NCBI GenBank assembly: GCA_041742965.1
Contig: JBGTNQ010000004.1
Span: forward strand, 70,241 to 134,240
Source of the DNA: Minisyncoccia bacterium
GTDB lineage: Bacteria; Patescibacteriota; Minisyncoccia; Phycocordibacterales; Zambryskibacteraceae
Direction of reading: 5' to 3'
Length of the DNA: 64,000 nucleotides
Shown: piece after piece, positions 27,647 to 37,646 of the stretch
How positions within the stretch are numbered: position 1 is the stretch's first letter
How the letters are laid out: the number at the start of each line of letters is the position of its first letter
Notes under the pieces: model-generated
What the model saw: only the letters and a program-made list of their open reading frames with translations
Database searches by the model: none
What the model was told of the DNA's origin: nothing
Position numbers and translations under genes: made by a program

Positions 27647-28879
27647 ATGAATAAAAAAATTCTAATCATCGCAGGAATTGTAACAATTTTAATAATCCTT
27701 GGGGGATTATTTATTGTCCTGTCAAAAAACACTGAGAGTGGTAGTGGTGGTTTTTGGGGAGGACTACCTTTTGGCAGTTCTGAAAATAGTAGTATACCGC
27801 CACCACAAACAAGTCCTGGCACAGTAGATCAAGTTGTGTTAACGGAACTTGATCCAAAAATAAGAGATGAAAACGGTCTCAAAAAAATAAGCGATGTTCC
27901 TGTCTCTGGCTCAACTTTTCTTCAATCTTCAACTTCTACTGAGCACAATGTTCGTTTTATAGAAAGAGCAACTGGTCACATATATGATGCAAATCTAGAA
28001 ACAGGAAACATCACTAGAGTTTCAAATACAACCATACCAAAAATTGAATTTGCTCTGTGGAGAGAGGGCGGTAATTCTTTCCTAGCTCAAACGATTGATT
28101 CTGGAATCCTCAAAACTAAAATTTATGAGATTGTAGAACCCACCGGGACAACAACCAGTGAAACTTTCGCAAGAATTGATGAATTTTCTCTTCAGGACAA
28201 TATTTTTTCTCCTACAATATCCTCACAAAATCAAATCTTCTACCTCGCACGAGGAATTAGTGGCATTGAAGGTTTCGTGGCAAATTCGCGAGGAGAAAAC
28301 CCTCGGAAAGTGTGGGAATTCCCAACATCGGAGTGGCTCTCACAAACTGCCACACAAAACATGATTGCTCTAACCAGTAAGGCGAGCAATTCTCTGGATG
28401 GGCTTTTGTATTTTGTTAACACCACGAATGGCGCGACATCTCTAATTATTTCTAATATTCCAGGATTAACGACTAAAGTATCGCCGTCTGGAGAAATTAT
28501 TCTATACAGTGGGTCTGAAGGAAGTTCTTCAGAAAATTATTTTTATAACCGCGTAGAAAAAACAGGATACAAAGCGCCGTTTGATACCCTTCCTGAAAAG
28601 TGCGTATGGACAGAAAATGAAACGGAATTATACTGCTTCCAACCAAAGACGCTCTTTTCGAATTTACCAGACTCTTGGTACCAAGGAGTAGTGAGTTTCA
28701 ATGACAGACTCTGGCAAACCAATGTGTCTACTGGGGAAACACGGCTGGTATCAGAGCTCCAAACATTATCTGGTCAATATGTTGATGCCATAAACCCGGC
28801 AATATCTTCGGATGGGAAATATATCTTATTTACAAACAAAAAAGATCTTACTTTGTGGGCAGTACCAACAGGGAAATAG
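27647..28879 (+). CDS. membrane-anchored beta-propeller-like (TolB/PD40-like) hypothetical protein
   Basis: Start taken at MNKKIL; N-terminal TM helix; C-terminal SSDGKYILFT PD40-like repeat signature. Confidence 0.35.
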   Translation: MNKKILIIAGIVTILIILGGLFIVLSKNTESGSGGFWGGLPFGSSENSSIPPPQTSPGTVDQVVLTELDPKIRDENGLKKISDVPVSGSTFLQSSTSTEHNVRFIERATGHIYDANLETGNITRVSNTTIPKIEFALWREGGNSFLAQTIDSGILKTKIYEIVEPTGTTTSETFARIDEFSLQDNIFSPTISSQNQIFYLARGISGIEGFVANSRGENPRKVWEFPTSEWLSQTATQNMIALTSKASNSLDGLLYFVNTTNGATSLIISNIPGLTTKVSPSGEIILYSGSEGSSSENYFYNRVEKTGYKAPFDTLPEKCVWTENETELYCFQPKTLFSNLPDSWYQGVVSFNDRLWQTNVSTGETRLVSELQTLSGQYVDAINPAISSDGKYILFTNKKDLTLWAVPTGK

Positions 28880-28927
28880 GAGGTGAGAAAGAATGAGGAG
28901 TAACGAATAGTAAATAAGGAATATCCT

Positions 28928-29659
28928 CTACTCGTTGTTTGCGACTTTATATTTTTTTCTGATTACCATTTCCTGGGCAAGGGTGAACAAGTTGCTGGTA
29001 GTCCAATATAGAGCGATAACTCCTGAAATAGAGAAGGAAATGAAGAAGACAATTACAGGGAAAACATATCTCATTTGCAAACTCATACTACGCGCCAAGT
29101 CATCCTTAAATGAAGGTGTAGCATTTTCCTTTTTTTTGTACGCGGGAACAGAAAATCTAATTTGAAAGAAACTAGAAATGCCAGCTAGCAAAGCCAAAGA
29201 AACGCTTTTACCTGTGATATTTAAAATGCCCAGAAAATCCATATTTATGTTTTCTGGCCTTGGCACAAAACTATATAAAAGTTCGCTATTGAGCTCTGGC
29301 AACCCTGACTTTAGGAAAACAAAGTATAGAGCAAATATAATTGGAAGTTGAATCAAGATAACCAAGAGACTAGAGAAGGGGTTAATCTTTTTCTCTTTAT
29401 AAAGATCCATCGTCTTCTTGGCCTGCTCTTGTTTATCATCCTTATATTTTTCACGAATGGCCGTCAGCTCTGGCTCAATCGCCTTGAGTTCCATTTGAGC
29501 GGTAACCGCCTTGCGAGAAAGAGGGAATATGGCGAATTTAATTATAATAGTGAAAAGTATGACAATTACCCCAGCGTCAAGCCAAGGCAGTAGGTCCATA
29601 AGCGCGATGAGCCCATTATACAGTGGCTTATAGAGGAATGTATTAAAAAGTCCAGACAT
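28928..29659 (-). CDS. yidC: membrane protein insertase YidC/Oxa1 family (short form)
   Basis: 243 aa; 5 TM helices; gene order rpmH-rnpA-yidC. Confidence 0.8.
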   Translation of the reverse strand: MSGLFNTFLYKPLYNGLIALMDLLPWLDAGVIVILFTIIIKFAIFPLSRKAVTAQMELKAIEPELTAIREKYKDDKQEQAKKTMDLYKEKKINPFSSLLVILIQLPIIFALYFVFLKSGLPELNSELLYSFVPRPENINMDFLGILNITGKSVSLALLAGISSFFQIRFSVPAYKKKENATPSFKDDLARSMSLQMRYVFPVIVFFISFSISGVIALYWTTSNLFTLAQEMVIRKKYKVANNE

Positions 29660-29703
29660 GGAAAATACTATATCTCTAAATTAAACACTTTGAAAGTCTT
29701 TTT

Positions 29704-30045
29704 CTATTTTGTTTTTATGGCACCAAAAACAACCTGCAAGGCTTCTTGAATTTCTTTCGGCTTACTTTCCAAGATTTCTTTTTTTGGATAAATAAAAAAC
29801 AAAAAACCAAAGCCCGAACCCTTGAGCCAAGTTGGATTTATTTGGCTATAAATTTTCCTTCTTATTTTATTTCGAGAGACAGCGGTTCGAGCTACTTTTT
29901 TTGAAACAATAATAGCAACACGACCTTCTTCTTGTAGTGAGTTATTTGTTATTCTCAGTGTAAAAATTGGGGTCGAAAAGTTTTTGCTTTCGCGCGAAAT
30001 ATTTTTGAAAGATCCCTTTGGTACTCTGTTCTTTCTTGGAAGCAT
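29704..30045 (-). CDS. rnpA: ribonuclease P protein component
   Basis: 113 aa; basic; KKVARTAVSRNKIRRKI RNR-type motif; immediately downstream of rpmH. Confidence 0.8.
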   Translation of the reverse strand: MLPRKNRVPKGSFKNISRESKNFSTPIFTLRITNNSLQEEGRVAIIVSKKVARTAVSRNKIRRKIYSQINPTWLKGSGFGFLFFIYPKKEILESKPKEIQEALQVVFGAIKTK

Positions 30046-30046
30046 T

Positions 30047-30181
30047 TTATAAGGCCACCTTTTTTCTACCCTTGGCTCGACGCCTTTTTAGAGTCTTCTT
30101 ACCTCCAGGGGAGCTGGACCGCTTTAAAAAACCGTGAGACCGTGCTCTCTTTCTTTTTTTTGGTTGATATGTTTGTGACAT
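30047..30181 (-). CDS. rpmH: 50S ribosomal protein L34
   Basis: Hand-translated (not in the 60-aa ORF track): [44 protein letters not shown], 44 aa, matches the L34 consensus. Confidence 0.85.
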   Translation of the reverse strand: MSQTYQPKKRKRARSHGFLKRSSSPGGKKTLKRRRAKGRKKVAL

Positions 30182-30417
30182 GAGAAGCATTGTATATTAG
30201 TTTTGTTTTTTTTCAAGGGCGCATTGATTTTTAAATAACTTCAAACACACTATTCATAAAAATAATTTTTTATTTTGCAATAGACTTAAATGATAGTTTA
30301 TACACAAATAATCAACATTTTATCAACATAATTTCTGTTTTCTTTCAAGTTTTTTGACTTTGATTTAGGTATATACTACTTAACACAACCTTTATCCCTT
30401 TACCTCTTAAAACAACA
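30182..30417. other. AT-rich rpmH/dnaA intergenic region with DnaA-box-like 9-mers (candidate oriC part 1)
   Basis: TTATCAACA at about 30320, TTATCCCTT at about 30393, long A/T tracts. Confidence 0.4.
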
Positions 30418-31773
30418 ATGGATCTTAAACAACTTTGGGATAGCGTGCTGGTAGAAATGGAGTTAGCTGTGTCAAAGGCCAGTTTTAGTACCTGGTTTAG
30501 AGACACCTATATAGTAAAACATGAGGACGGGACCGCCCACCTTCATGTCCCGAACGCCTTTGTAAAGGAGTGGCTTATAAAGAAGTACCACGGGACAATT
30601 TTAAAGCATATAAGGGTGCATGCGCCAAATGTCCACTCCATTGAATACTCAGTCTCTAGGGACGACGGTAGGCCCAAGGAAAATCGCGATAGAGCCACAG
30701 ATGTCTCTTTGTCTTTACCAAACCACGAATTACCCCTCCAAGACTACTATATAAACAAAGAAGACAACCTTAATCCTCGTTACACCTTTGATACCATTGT
30801 TATTGGCCCCTTTAATGAGCTGGCCCACGCGGCGTCCCAAGCAATCATCAAAAAACCTGGAATTATATATAATCCTCTATTTATATACGGAAATACTGGG
30901 CATGGAAAAACGCACCTAATTCGAGCGATAGGGAACCACATAAAAAACACTAACAAAGAAAAGCGTGTCCTTTATGTGACATCAGAAAGGTTTGCGAACG
31001 ACATAATCAGTTCAATTCATAGTGGAAAAATAAGCCAAGTAAAAGAAAAGTACAGAAAATACGATGTTTTAATAATGGACGACATACAATTCCTTTCAAA
31101 CAAAGAAAAAACCCAGGAAGAGCTCTTTTTTCTATTCAACGCACTATATGAAAACAACAAACAAATTATCCTTTCTTCAGACAAGCACCCTAACCTCATT
31201 CCAAGCATTGAAGACCGCCTAAAGTCTCGTTTTGGGGCAGGAATGACCGTTGATATACCAGCGCCAGACCATGAATCCAGATCTGCGATTATAAAAGCCA
31301 AAGCATCTACACAGAATGTAGATTTAACACCAGAAATTATCGACTATATGGCAGAAACCATCGTAGGAAACATTAGAGACTTAGAAGGAGCATTGAACTC
31401 AGTCGTCTGCCAAATGCAACTGAAAGGAAAAGTTCTTTCTATAAATGAGATAAGGAACTTAATTAAACTGAGCACTAAGCCTAAAAAGGCCGTCTCTGTG
31501 AAAGAGGTGGTTAAGCTTGTTGCTGATTACTACAGAATAGAAGAAGAGAGCATTTACGAAAAAACGAGGAAAAAAGAGATTATAAAACCTAGGCAAGTCA
31601 CAATGTATATTCTTAGAGAAGACTTCGGTGTTTCTTATCCGTCCATAGGCCAAAAACTGGGAGGAAGAGACCACACGACAGTTATCCACTCGTGTGAAAA
31701 AATTAAAGAAGACATAAAACTCGACTCTCTTTTGGTCAGAGAGATTGGGGAAATACGGTCGATGCTTGTTTAA
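30418..31773 (+). CDS. dnaA: chromosomal replication initiator protein DnaA
   Basis: 451 aa; AAA+ Walker A GNTGHGKTHL and a C-terminal DNA-binding helix-turn-helix. Confidence 0.95.
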   Translation: MDLKQLWDSVLVEMELAVSKASFSTWFRDTYIVKHEDGTAHLHVPNAFVKEWLIKKYHGTILKHIRVHAPNVHSIEYSVSRDDGRPKENRDRATDVSLSLPNHELPLQDYYINKEDNLNPRYTFDTIVIGPFNELAHAASQAIIKKPGIIYNPLFIYGNTGHGKTHLIRAIGNHIKNTNKEKRVLYVTSERFANDIISSIHSGKISQVKEKYRKYDVLIMDDIQFLSNKEKTQEELFFLFNALYENNKQIILSSDKHPNLIPSIEDRLKSRFGAGMTVDIPAPDHESRSAIIKAKASTQNVDLTPEIIDYMAETIVGNIRDLEGALNSVVCQMQLKGKVLSINEIRNLIKLSTKPKKAVSVKEVVKLVADYYRIEEESIYEKTRKKEIIKPRQVTMYILREDFGVSYPSIGQKLGGRDHTTVIHSCEKIKEDIKLDSLLVREIGEIRSMLV

Positions 31774-32000
31774 AAGATGTTTATAACTCAAGGAAAACCC
31801 TGTGAACAAATGGCCCAAAACTCACCGTGTTATCAACACCCTCGAAACAGAAACTTCAATAGCCAACACTTTATGAAAAGCTATCCACAAAAAGAATGCT
31901 TAGCGAATGCCAAAAACACCTTATTATTCTTGGGTTTTTTAGCTTATCAACATTACCAACAGGCCTTATAATAATAATAATTTATATATAATAAAAACCT
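31774..32000. other. dnaA/dnaN intergenic region with a DnaA-box cluster (candidate oriC part 2)
   Basis: TGTTATCAACA (31838), CTATCCACA (31875), TTATCAACA (31939), followed by an AT-rich stretch. Confidence 0.45.
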
Positions 32001-33104
32001 ATGAAAATAGAATGTGTAAAAGAAAAATTTCTTGAGGCGGTACAAAAAGTAGAGAAAGTTACGGGTAAAAATGTTACCTTGCCAATCTTGTCCTGCATTC
32101 ACATAGAAGCGACTAATTCACAAGTTATTCTTAGAGCCACAAACTTGGACATAGGTATTGAAATATCTCTCCCAGTAAAAGTTATTGAACCAGGGTCAGT
32201 TGCGTTATCAGGAAATATTCTTTCTCAATTTCTTTTAAACCTACCAAAAAGCGAGAAGTGTACTTTGGAAACAGAAGAAGGGGTTGTTCTTGTTTCCACC
32301 GAACACACCACAGCAAAAATAAAAACACAAAACACAGAAGACTTTCCTCTCATACCAAAAACGTCCGATGGTGTATCAGTAAACATTGAGGCACAAAATT
32401 TTATTAAAGGACTTCGTTCGGTTTGGTACAGCGCAGCTGTTACAAGCATGAAGCCAGAGATTTCCAGCGTTTATGTTTATTATGATAATCAAGACTCTCT
32501 GTTTTTTGTGGCCACAGACTCGTTCAGGTTGGCAGAAAAGCAAATAAAAATAAAAAAAATAAAAGAATTCTCACCAATACTAATACCATTTAAAAATGTA
32601 ACAGAGATAATAAGGGCCTTAGAGGACGTTAGCTCTAGTATAGAGATTGTTATTGGACAAAACCAAATAGCTTTTTTGTGGGAGGGGGCATACATGGTTT
32701 CTCGTATAGTCGACGCTTCTTTCCCAGACTATAAACAGCTTATTTCTAAAGAAGAAAAAACAGAAGCCACTGTTTTGAAGCAAGATTTTTCTCAGGCACT
32801 AAAACTAGCCCATGTTTTTTCTGACTCATTTAATCAGGTAACTATAAAAATAGTTCCTGGGGACAAGGTTTTTGAAATTATTACCAGAAATAACGATGTT
32901 GGGGAAAACAAAAACAGTATAGACGCTGTTTTGAAGGGGGAAGATGTAACAATGAGCTTTAACCACAAGTATATAACTGACTGCCTACAATCTATCGCCG
33001 TTGACAGCCTAACCCTTTCTTTTAACGGCCAAGGGAGACCTTTGGTTATAAGGGGTGTTTCTGATACATCTTTTACATATATTGTTATGCCGATGAACAA
33101 ATAA
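32001..33104 (+). CDS. dnaN: DNA polymerase III subunit beta (sliding clamp)
   Basis: 367 aa; three-domain clamp architecture; sits directly after dnaA. Confidence 0.9.
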   Translation: MKIECVKEKFLEAVQKVEKVTGKNVTLPILSCIHIEATNSQVILRATNLDIGIEISLPVKVIEPGSVALSGNILSQFLLNLPKSEKCTLETEEGVVLVSTEHTTAKIKTQNTEDFPLIPKTSDGVSVNIEAQNFIKGLRSVWYSAAVTSMKPEISSVYVYYDNQDSLFFVATDSFRLAEKQIKIKKIKEFSPILIPFKNVTEIIRALEDVSSSIEIVIGQNQIAFLWEGAYMVSRIVDASFPDYKQLISKEEKTEATVLKQDFSQALKLAHVFSDSFNQVTIKIVPGDKVFEIITRNNDVGENKNSIDAVLKGEDVTMSFNHKYITDCLQSIAVDSLTLSFNGQGRPLVIRGVSDTSFTYIVMPMNK

Positions 33105-33356
33105 ATGGACAATCTTTCGTTTTTTCTAAAAAAGTTTCAAAAAATCATAGGCGATAAGTCCGAGGAAAAGATTGCCATAAAAGAGGCCGTAAAAACTTTT
33201 TGTAATCTAGATCTTGATATAAAAGGGATAAAGATTAGGGATGGAAACGTTTTATTGTCGGTTAGTCCGGTTTTTCGTAGCGAGATTTTTTTGAAAAAAC
33301 AAAAAATACTCCCATATTTAAAAAGCAGAGGCTTTATTTTTAGGGATTTTCAATAA
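33105..33356 (+). CDS. DUF721/DciA-like small protein
   Basis: 83 aa; immediately downstream of dnaN, the typical context for DUF721. Confidence 0.45.
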   Translation: MDNLSFFLKKFQKIIGDKSEEKIAIKEAVKTFCNLDLDIKGIKIRDGNVLLSVSPVFRSEIFLKKQKILPYLKSRGFIFRDFQ

Positions 33357-35883
33357 AAGTAAAATTTACCTCTGTTTCATTATTATTAAACACTGAGTCA
33401 TAAAGAACCACTTTCAAATTGTTTGATGACATTAGTGCTGGATTATCAGTTGCTATATTAAAATAGAAAGGCGGTTGTTCTGATTTGCCAATGTAGTTTC
33501 CATTTAAAAATACTCTAATTTCTTTCGCTGGGAAAGAGGTTGTGTATTCTACAGAAACATTAATGTTGTCGCCTTCATTGAAGGCGTCGCTTTCTTTTGG
33601 AGAGACGATTGCTATTAGTGGTTTTTCTCGTGCCGTGTGCACATCGTCGTATTCACTTGGAAGAGTGGGGTTTTCTGGCTGTGACATTCCTTGTGATCTC
33701 ATCCAGCGATCTATTCCGTATTCCCAATAACGAAATTGCGAATCCTCATTTGGATTGTTTGGAATTGGTCCTCTTGGGTTGCTACGGTCAACCCAGTAAA
33801 GTATTGAGTGAATGCCACCAGAAAGGTATTCAACCAATGTTTCTCTAGGTGTGTACTCAGTTGCCAGTTTTTGAGATACAGAGTCTACAAAATGAGAAAT
33901 GCCTCCCTGCCACTTTCCTCTCAAAGTTGGCTTAAGTTCGTACTGGTCTTCTGTTGCTGGAACGGGAAATTCCTCATTCGGAACACTTTTTAATATTTCA
34001 TCCATAAATGCTCGCCACATTGGCGCGACAATAAAACCAGCCACCCTTTTTTCCATAGGTGAATTATCATTGTTTCCTGCCCAGGCACCAAGGGCTACAG
34101 ACGGCGTATATCCTATAATCCAAGCGTCTCTGTAGTCGTTGGTCGTTCCTGTTTTTACGGCCACATCTCTATTTGAAAAATGTAGCTGTGAGGTTTGTCC
34201 AAAGGCAGGCGCTCGCGCAACGTTGTCAGAAAGTATGTCAGATATTTTTAAAGCAGTTTCTCTCGGTAAAACTTCTCGGGTTTCTTGTTTAATCTCCTCT
34301 AGAACCCTACCTGTTCTGTCTTTGATTTCTAATACTGCTGTATAAGGATTTCTTTGTCCTTCGTTTGCAAAAACACCATAAGAACTCACCATGTCTAAAA
34401 GAGAGACTTCTCCACCGCCCAAAACCAAAGTAAGACCATATTGTGCGGGATTTGTAAGACTTTTTATTCCCATATTTTCTGCTACCCCAATTGATTCTCT
34501 AATGCCGGCCAAATAAAGGGTTTTTACTGAGGTGATGTTTACTGACTGGGCTAGTGAGTTCCTCATGGTAATAGGCCCACGATAAGCACTGTCATAGTTT
34601 TCCGGAGAATAACATCCTCCGGTGCTCGTGGTGTTGTCTGGCGAGCACGATGTAGAAAACTGAGTTTTCACATCAAACAAAACTGTTTCCGGGGTGTATC
34701 CTTTATTAAACGCAGTTGCGTAAACAAAGGGCTTGAAGGTTGAACCTGGTTGTCTGTGTGCGGTAGCAATATTGAAGTTTCCCTCTATCTCTTCATCAAA
34801 ATAATCTCTAGACCCAATCATTGAAAGTATTTCTCCAGTTTTTGGATTAATGGCTACAAACGCAGCATTCTCTGCATTGAATTTCGTTTTATTTTCTTTG
34901 GCATACTTTTCTGCTATCTCCTGACCCTTTTCTTGCATCTCATAGTCAAGGGTTGTCTTTACCTTTAACCCCCCATTTCTTACTATTGATTCACCATATT
35001 TTTTTTCTAAATCTTCCAGAACGAAAAAGACAAAGTGCGGAGCTTTAATGCCACTCTCTTCTCTGGGTTTAAATGTTACAACCTCTTCTTTTGCCTGACG
35101 GTACTCTTCCTCAGTAATAAAATTGTTTTCTCTCATTTTATAAAGAACTAAGTTCTTTCTCTCCTCCAGCCTCTCTCTGTTTCTTCCATACGGAGAGTAG
35201 AAGGACGGAGCTTGGGGAAGGGCTGCTAGGTATGCAGACTCGGCAATTGATAGTTCGGATGAACTTTTGCCCAAGAACGTCTTACTGGCCTCTTCTACGC
35301 CATACAGGGCACCTCCATAAGGGATCTCGTTTAGATAAAGATTTAAAATTTCATCTTTTGATAAAAGCTTCTCAAGTTTAATGGCTAGAACCCACTCTTT
35401 CATTTTTCTAGATATTAATTTTTCAGAACTTAATACGGAGTTTTTTATAACTTGTTGGGTGATAGTGGATCCTCCCTGGCTAAAGCTCAAAGATAAAAGG
35501 TTTGCTAAAACAGCGCGAAGGAACGAGCTAGGTTTCACGCCTTTGTGTTCATAAAACCCCTCGTCTTCTATAGCAATGGTTGCGTTTTTTATATTCCTAG
35601 AGATTTCTTCAAAAGGAACCACTGTTCTTTTTGTCTCTTGGTTTACATCATAAAGGAGAATTTCTCCGGTTCGGTCATATATTTTTGTTGACTCCACCAC
35701 CTGTCTTTCACTGAATGAGTCTAAGGTTGGGATTTTGAAGGTGGAAATCCATATAATCATTGTCCCAAAGAGAAATATTCCTATTGCAAAGGCCAAAACG
35801 GCGTAATTTTTCCAGCGTTTTTTGCTAATAAGGCTTAATTTGGCGCCTAGTTTTCTGAGTGGTCTCAAAATTCGAGATTTCAT
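33340..35883 (-). CDS. mrcA: penicillin-binding protein 1A (bifunctional transglycosylase/transpeptidase)
   Basis: 847 aa; N-terminal TM helix, GT51 motifs (EDEGFYEHKG, GGSTITQQ), transpeptidase STFKP and KTGT motifs. Confidence 0.85.
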   Translation of the reverse strand: MKSRILRPLRKLGAKLSLISKKRWKNYAVLAFAIGIFLFGTMIIWISTFKIPTLDSFSERQVVESTKIYDRTGEILLYDVNQETKRTVVPFEEISRNIKNATIAIEDEGFYEHKGVKPSSFLRAVLANLLSLSFSQGGSTITQQVIKNSVLSSEKLISRKMKEWVLAIKLEKLLSKDEILNLYLNEIPYGGALYGVEEASKTFLGKSSSELSIAESAYLAALPQAPSFYSPYGRNRERLEERKNLVLYKMRENNFITEEEYRQAKEEVVTFKPREESGIKAPHFVFFVLEDLEKKYGESIVRNGGLKVKTTLDYEMQEKGQEIAEKYAKENKTKFNAENAAFVAINPKTGEILSMIGSRDYFDEEIEGNFNIATAHRQPGSTFKPFVYATAFNKGYTPETVLFDVKTQFSTSCSPDNTTSTGGCYSPENYDSAYRGPITMRNSLAQSVNITSVKTLYLAGIRESIGVAENMGIKSLTNPAQYGLTLVLGGGEVSLLDMVSSYGVFANEGQRNPYTAVLEIKDRTGRVLEEIKQETREVLPRETALKISDILSDNVARAPAFGQTSQLHFSNRDVAVKTGTTNDYRDAWIIGYTPSVALGAWAGNNDNSPMEKRVAGFIVAPMWRAFMDEILKSVPNEEFPVPATEDQYELKPTLRGKWQGGISHFVDSVSQKLATEYTPRETLVEYLSGGIHSILYWVDRSNPRGPIPNNPNEDSQFRYWEYGIDRWMRSQGMSQPENPTLPSEYDDVHTAREKPLIAIVSPKESDAFNEGDNINVSVEYTTSFPAKEIRVFLNGNYIGKSEQPPFYFNIATDNPALMSSNNLKVVLYDSVFNNNETEVNFTFIENP

Positions 35884-35968
35884 GGGTCAATCAGTTAATC
35901 ATACCATGACGAAGGAGTAAACTTTTTCTTTCTGTTCAGATTAGGGATAAGTATGTTAAATTAGTCTC

Positions 35969-37366
35969 ATGAGTAAAACCGAAAACGCCATATTAGAAGA
36001 TGATTTGCTCGTCAGGGGCGTAAAAGACCTAGTTGACCCGGAGGGGCATTTTAAGAAGAAACTTTCAGAAAACCCAAACCAAGTCGTTATTAAATTTGGT
36101 GTGGACCCCACTCGTCCAGATATTCACCTAGGGCACGCTGTGGTTTTTAGGAAGCTTAGAAAATTCCAAGATCTTGGGTGCAAGGTAATTTTTTTGGTGG
36201 GCGACTTCACCAGTCTCATAGGAGATCCAACAGGTAATAGTAAAGTCAGACCAGAGATTGAGCAAAAGGAGATAGAAGAGAATATGAAAACCTACCTCGA
36301 CCAAGTTGGCAAAATCCTTCTTACAGACCCAAAGGTTTTTGCTTGGATTAGAAATTCTGATTGGTATTACGGCGCCACCGATCTGGCTGAAGATCCGGAA
36401 AGAAAAGTAGAGATGAACATTGAGCAAGACGGGAAGTCATTGAAGGCCTCTCTTCCCGGTAATTCTTTTTTGGCGAAATCTATTGTTTACAACGAAACTA
36501 GAATGCAGAAAAAACTTTCTAGTTCCGGCAAAATTTGGGGCCTCACGGTTCTTGGGTTACTTTGGACCCTTAAACATGTTACACACAGTCGATTGATTGA
36601 AAGAGATATGTTTCAGGTTCGTATTAAGAATGGTGACGAACTTTATATGCACGAAATGCTATACCCCGTTCTACAAGGAGTAGATTCTTTCATGATTGCT
36701 AACATTTTTGGAGCATGTGATCTAGAGGTTGGGGGAAGTGACCAGACTTTCAACATGCTTATGGGCAGAGATGTTATGAAGATGAATAAGCAGGCCCCTC
36801 AAGCGGTTTTATCCTTTGAGATCCTTGAAGGCTTGGATGGTAAAGAGAAAATGAGCAAGAGCTTAGATAATTACATAGCTATTACCGACACCCCGGAAGA
36901 TATGTATGGAAAAATAATGTCCCTTCCAGACACTCTTATTTCCAAGTATTTTAAGCTTTGCACCTACACTCCAATGAGTGTTATTTCAGAAATAGAAAAA
37001 TCTATTGAAAGTGGAAAAGAAAATCCCAAGAATATAAAAATGAGATTGGCCAGAGAGATTGTGGAGATGTATCACGGCCGTGAAAAGGCAAATTTATCCG
37101 AAGAGTCTTTTGTAAAAACTTTTAGCGAGGGTGGTATACCGGACTCTATTACCGAGGTTTCTGTAAGCAAAGGGTCGTCACTGGTGGGTGTTTTGGTGGA
37201 ACAGGCCCTCGTTTCTTCAAAGAGTGACTTTAGAAGACTTGTTGAAGGTAAGGCGATTGAGCAAATGGAAAGAGGGGAGGTAGTGGAGTCAGTTGATAGT
37301 ATTATCAATGAATCTGGCACTTATCGTATTGGTAAAAAAAGATTTATAAAAATTACTGTCTTATAA
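35969..37366 (+). CDS. tyrS: tyrosine--tRNA ligase
   Basis: 465 aa; HIGH-type motif HLGH, KMSKS motif, C-terminal S4-like RNA-binding tail. Confidence 0.75.
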   Translation: MSKTENAILEDDLLVRGVKDLVDPEGHFKKKLSENPNQVVIKFGVDPTRPDIHLGHAVVFRKLRKFQDLGCKVIFLVGDFTSLIGDPTGNSKVRPEIEQKEIEENMKTYLDQVGKILLTDPKVFAWIRNSDWYYGATDLAEDPERKVEMNIEQDGKSLKASLPGNSFLAKSIVYNETRMQKKLSSSGKIWGLTVLGLLWTLKHVTHSRLIERDMFQVRIKNGDELYMHEMLYPVLQGVDSFMIANIFGACDLEVGGSDQTFNMLMGRDVMKMNKQAPQAVLSFEILEGLDGKEKMSKSLDNYIAITDTPEDMYGKIMSLPDTLISKYFKLCTYTPMSVISEIEKSIESGKENPKNIKMRLAREIVEMYHGREKANLSEESFVKTFSEGGIPDSITEVSVSKGSSLVGVLVEQALVSSKSDFRRLVEGKAIEQMERGEVVESVDSIINESGTYRIGKKRFIKITVL

Positions 37367-37369
37367 AAT

Positions 37370-37415
37370 AAAAACAGCCCCGCCCTGAGAAATTTCTCAG
37401 GGCGGGGCTGTTTTT
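37370..37415. terminator. strong bidirectional intrinsic terminator after tyrS
   Basis: AAAAACAGCCCCGCCCTGAGAAATTTCTCAGGGCGGGGCTGTTTTT: perfect 20-bp stem flanked by A5/T5. Confidence 0.8.
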
Positions 37416-37646
37416 ATTCATCCAAGTCTGCATCCACGCTATCATCTTCAAGCTCTTCTTCCACCGGACCGATCTCTCCGTCAAGAGAAGGCTCTACTTC
37501 ATCAAGGCCTTGTTCAAGGTCTCGCTCTTCATCTAACATATTTAGACTAAGGTTAAATTAGTAACAATCCTTTTTCAGGATTTTATATTTGTATCAAATC
37601 TTGTTTTGTTTGCAAAGCCCCCTAGTGCACCAGTGTGGATAACAAC

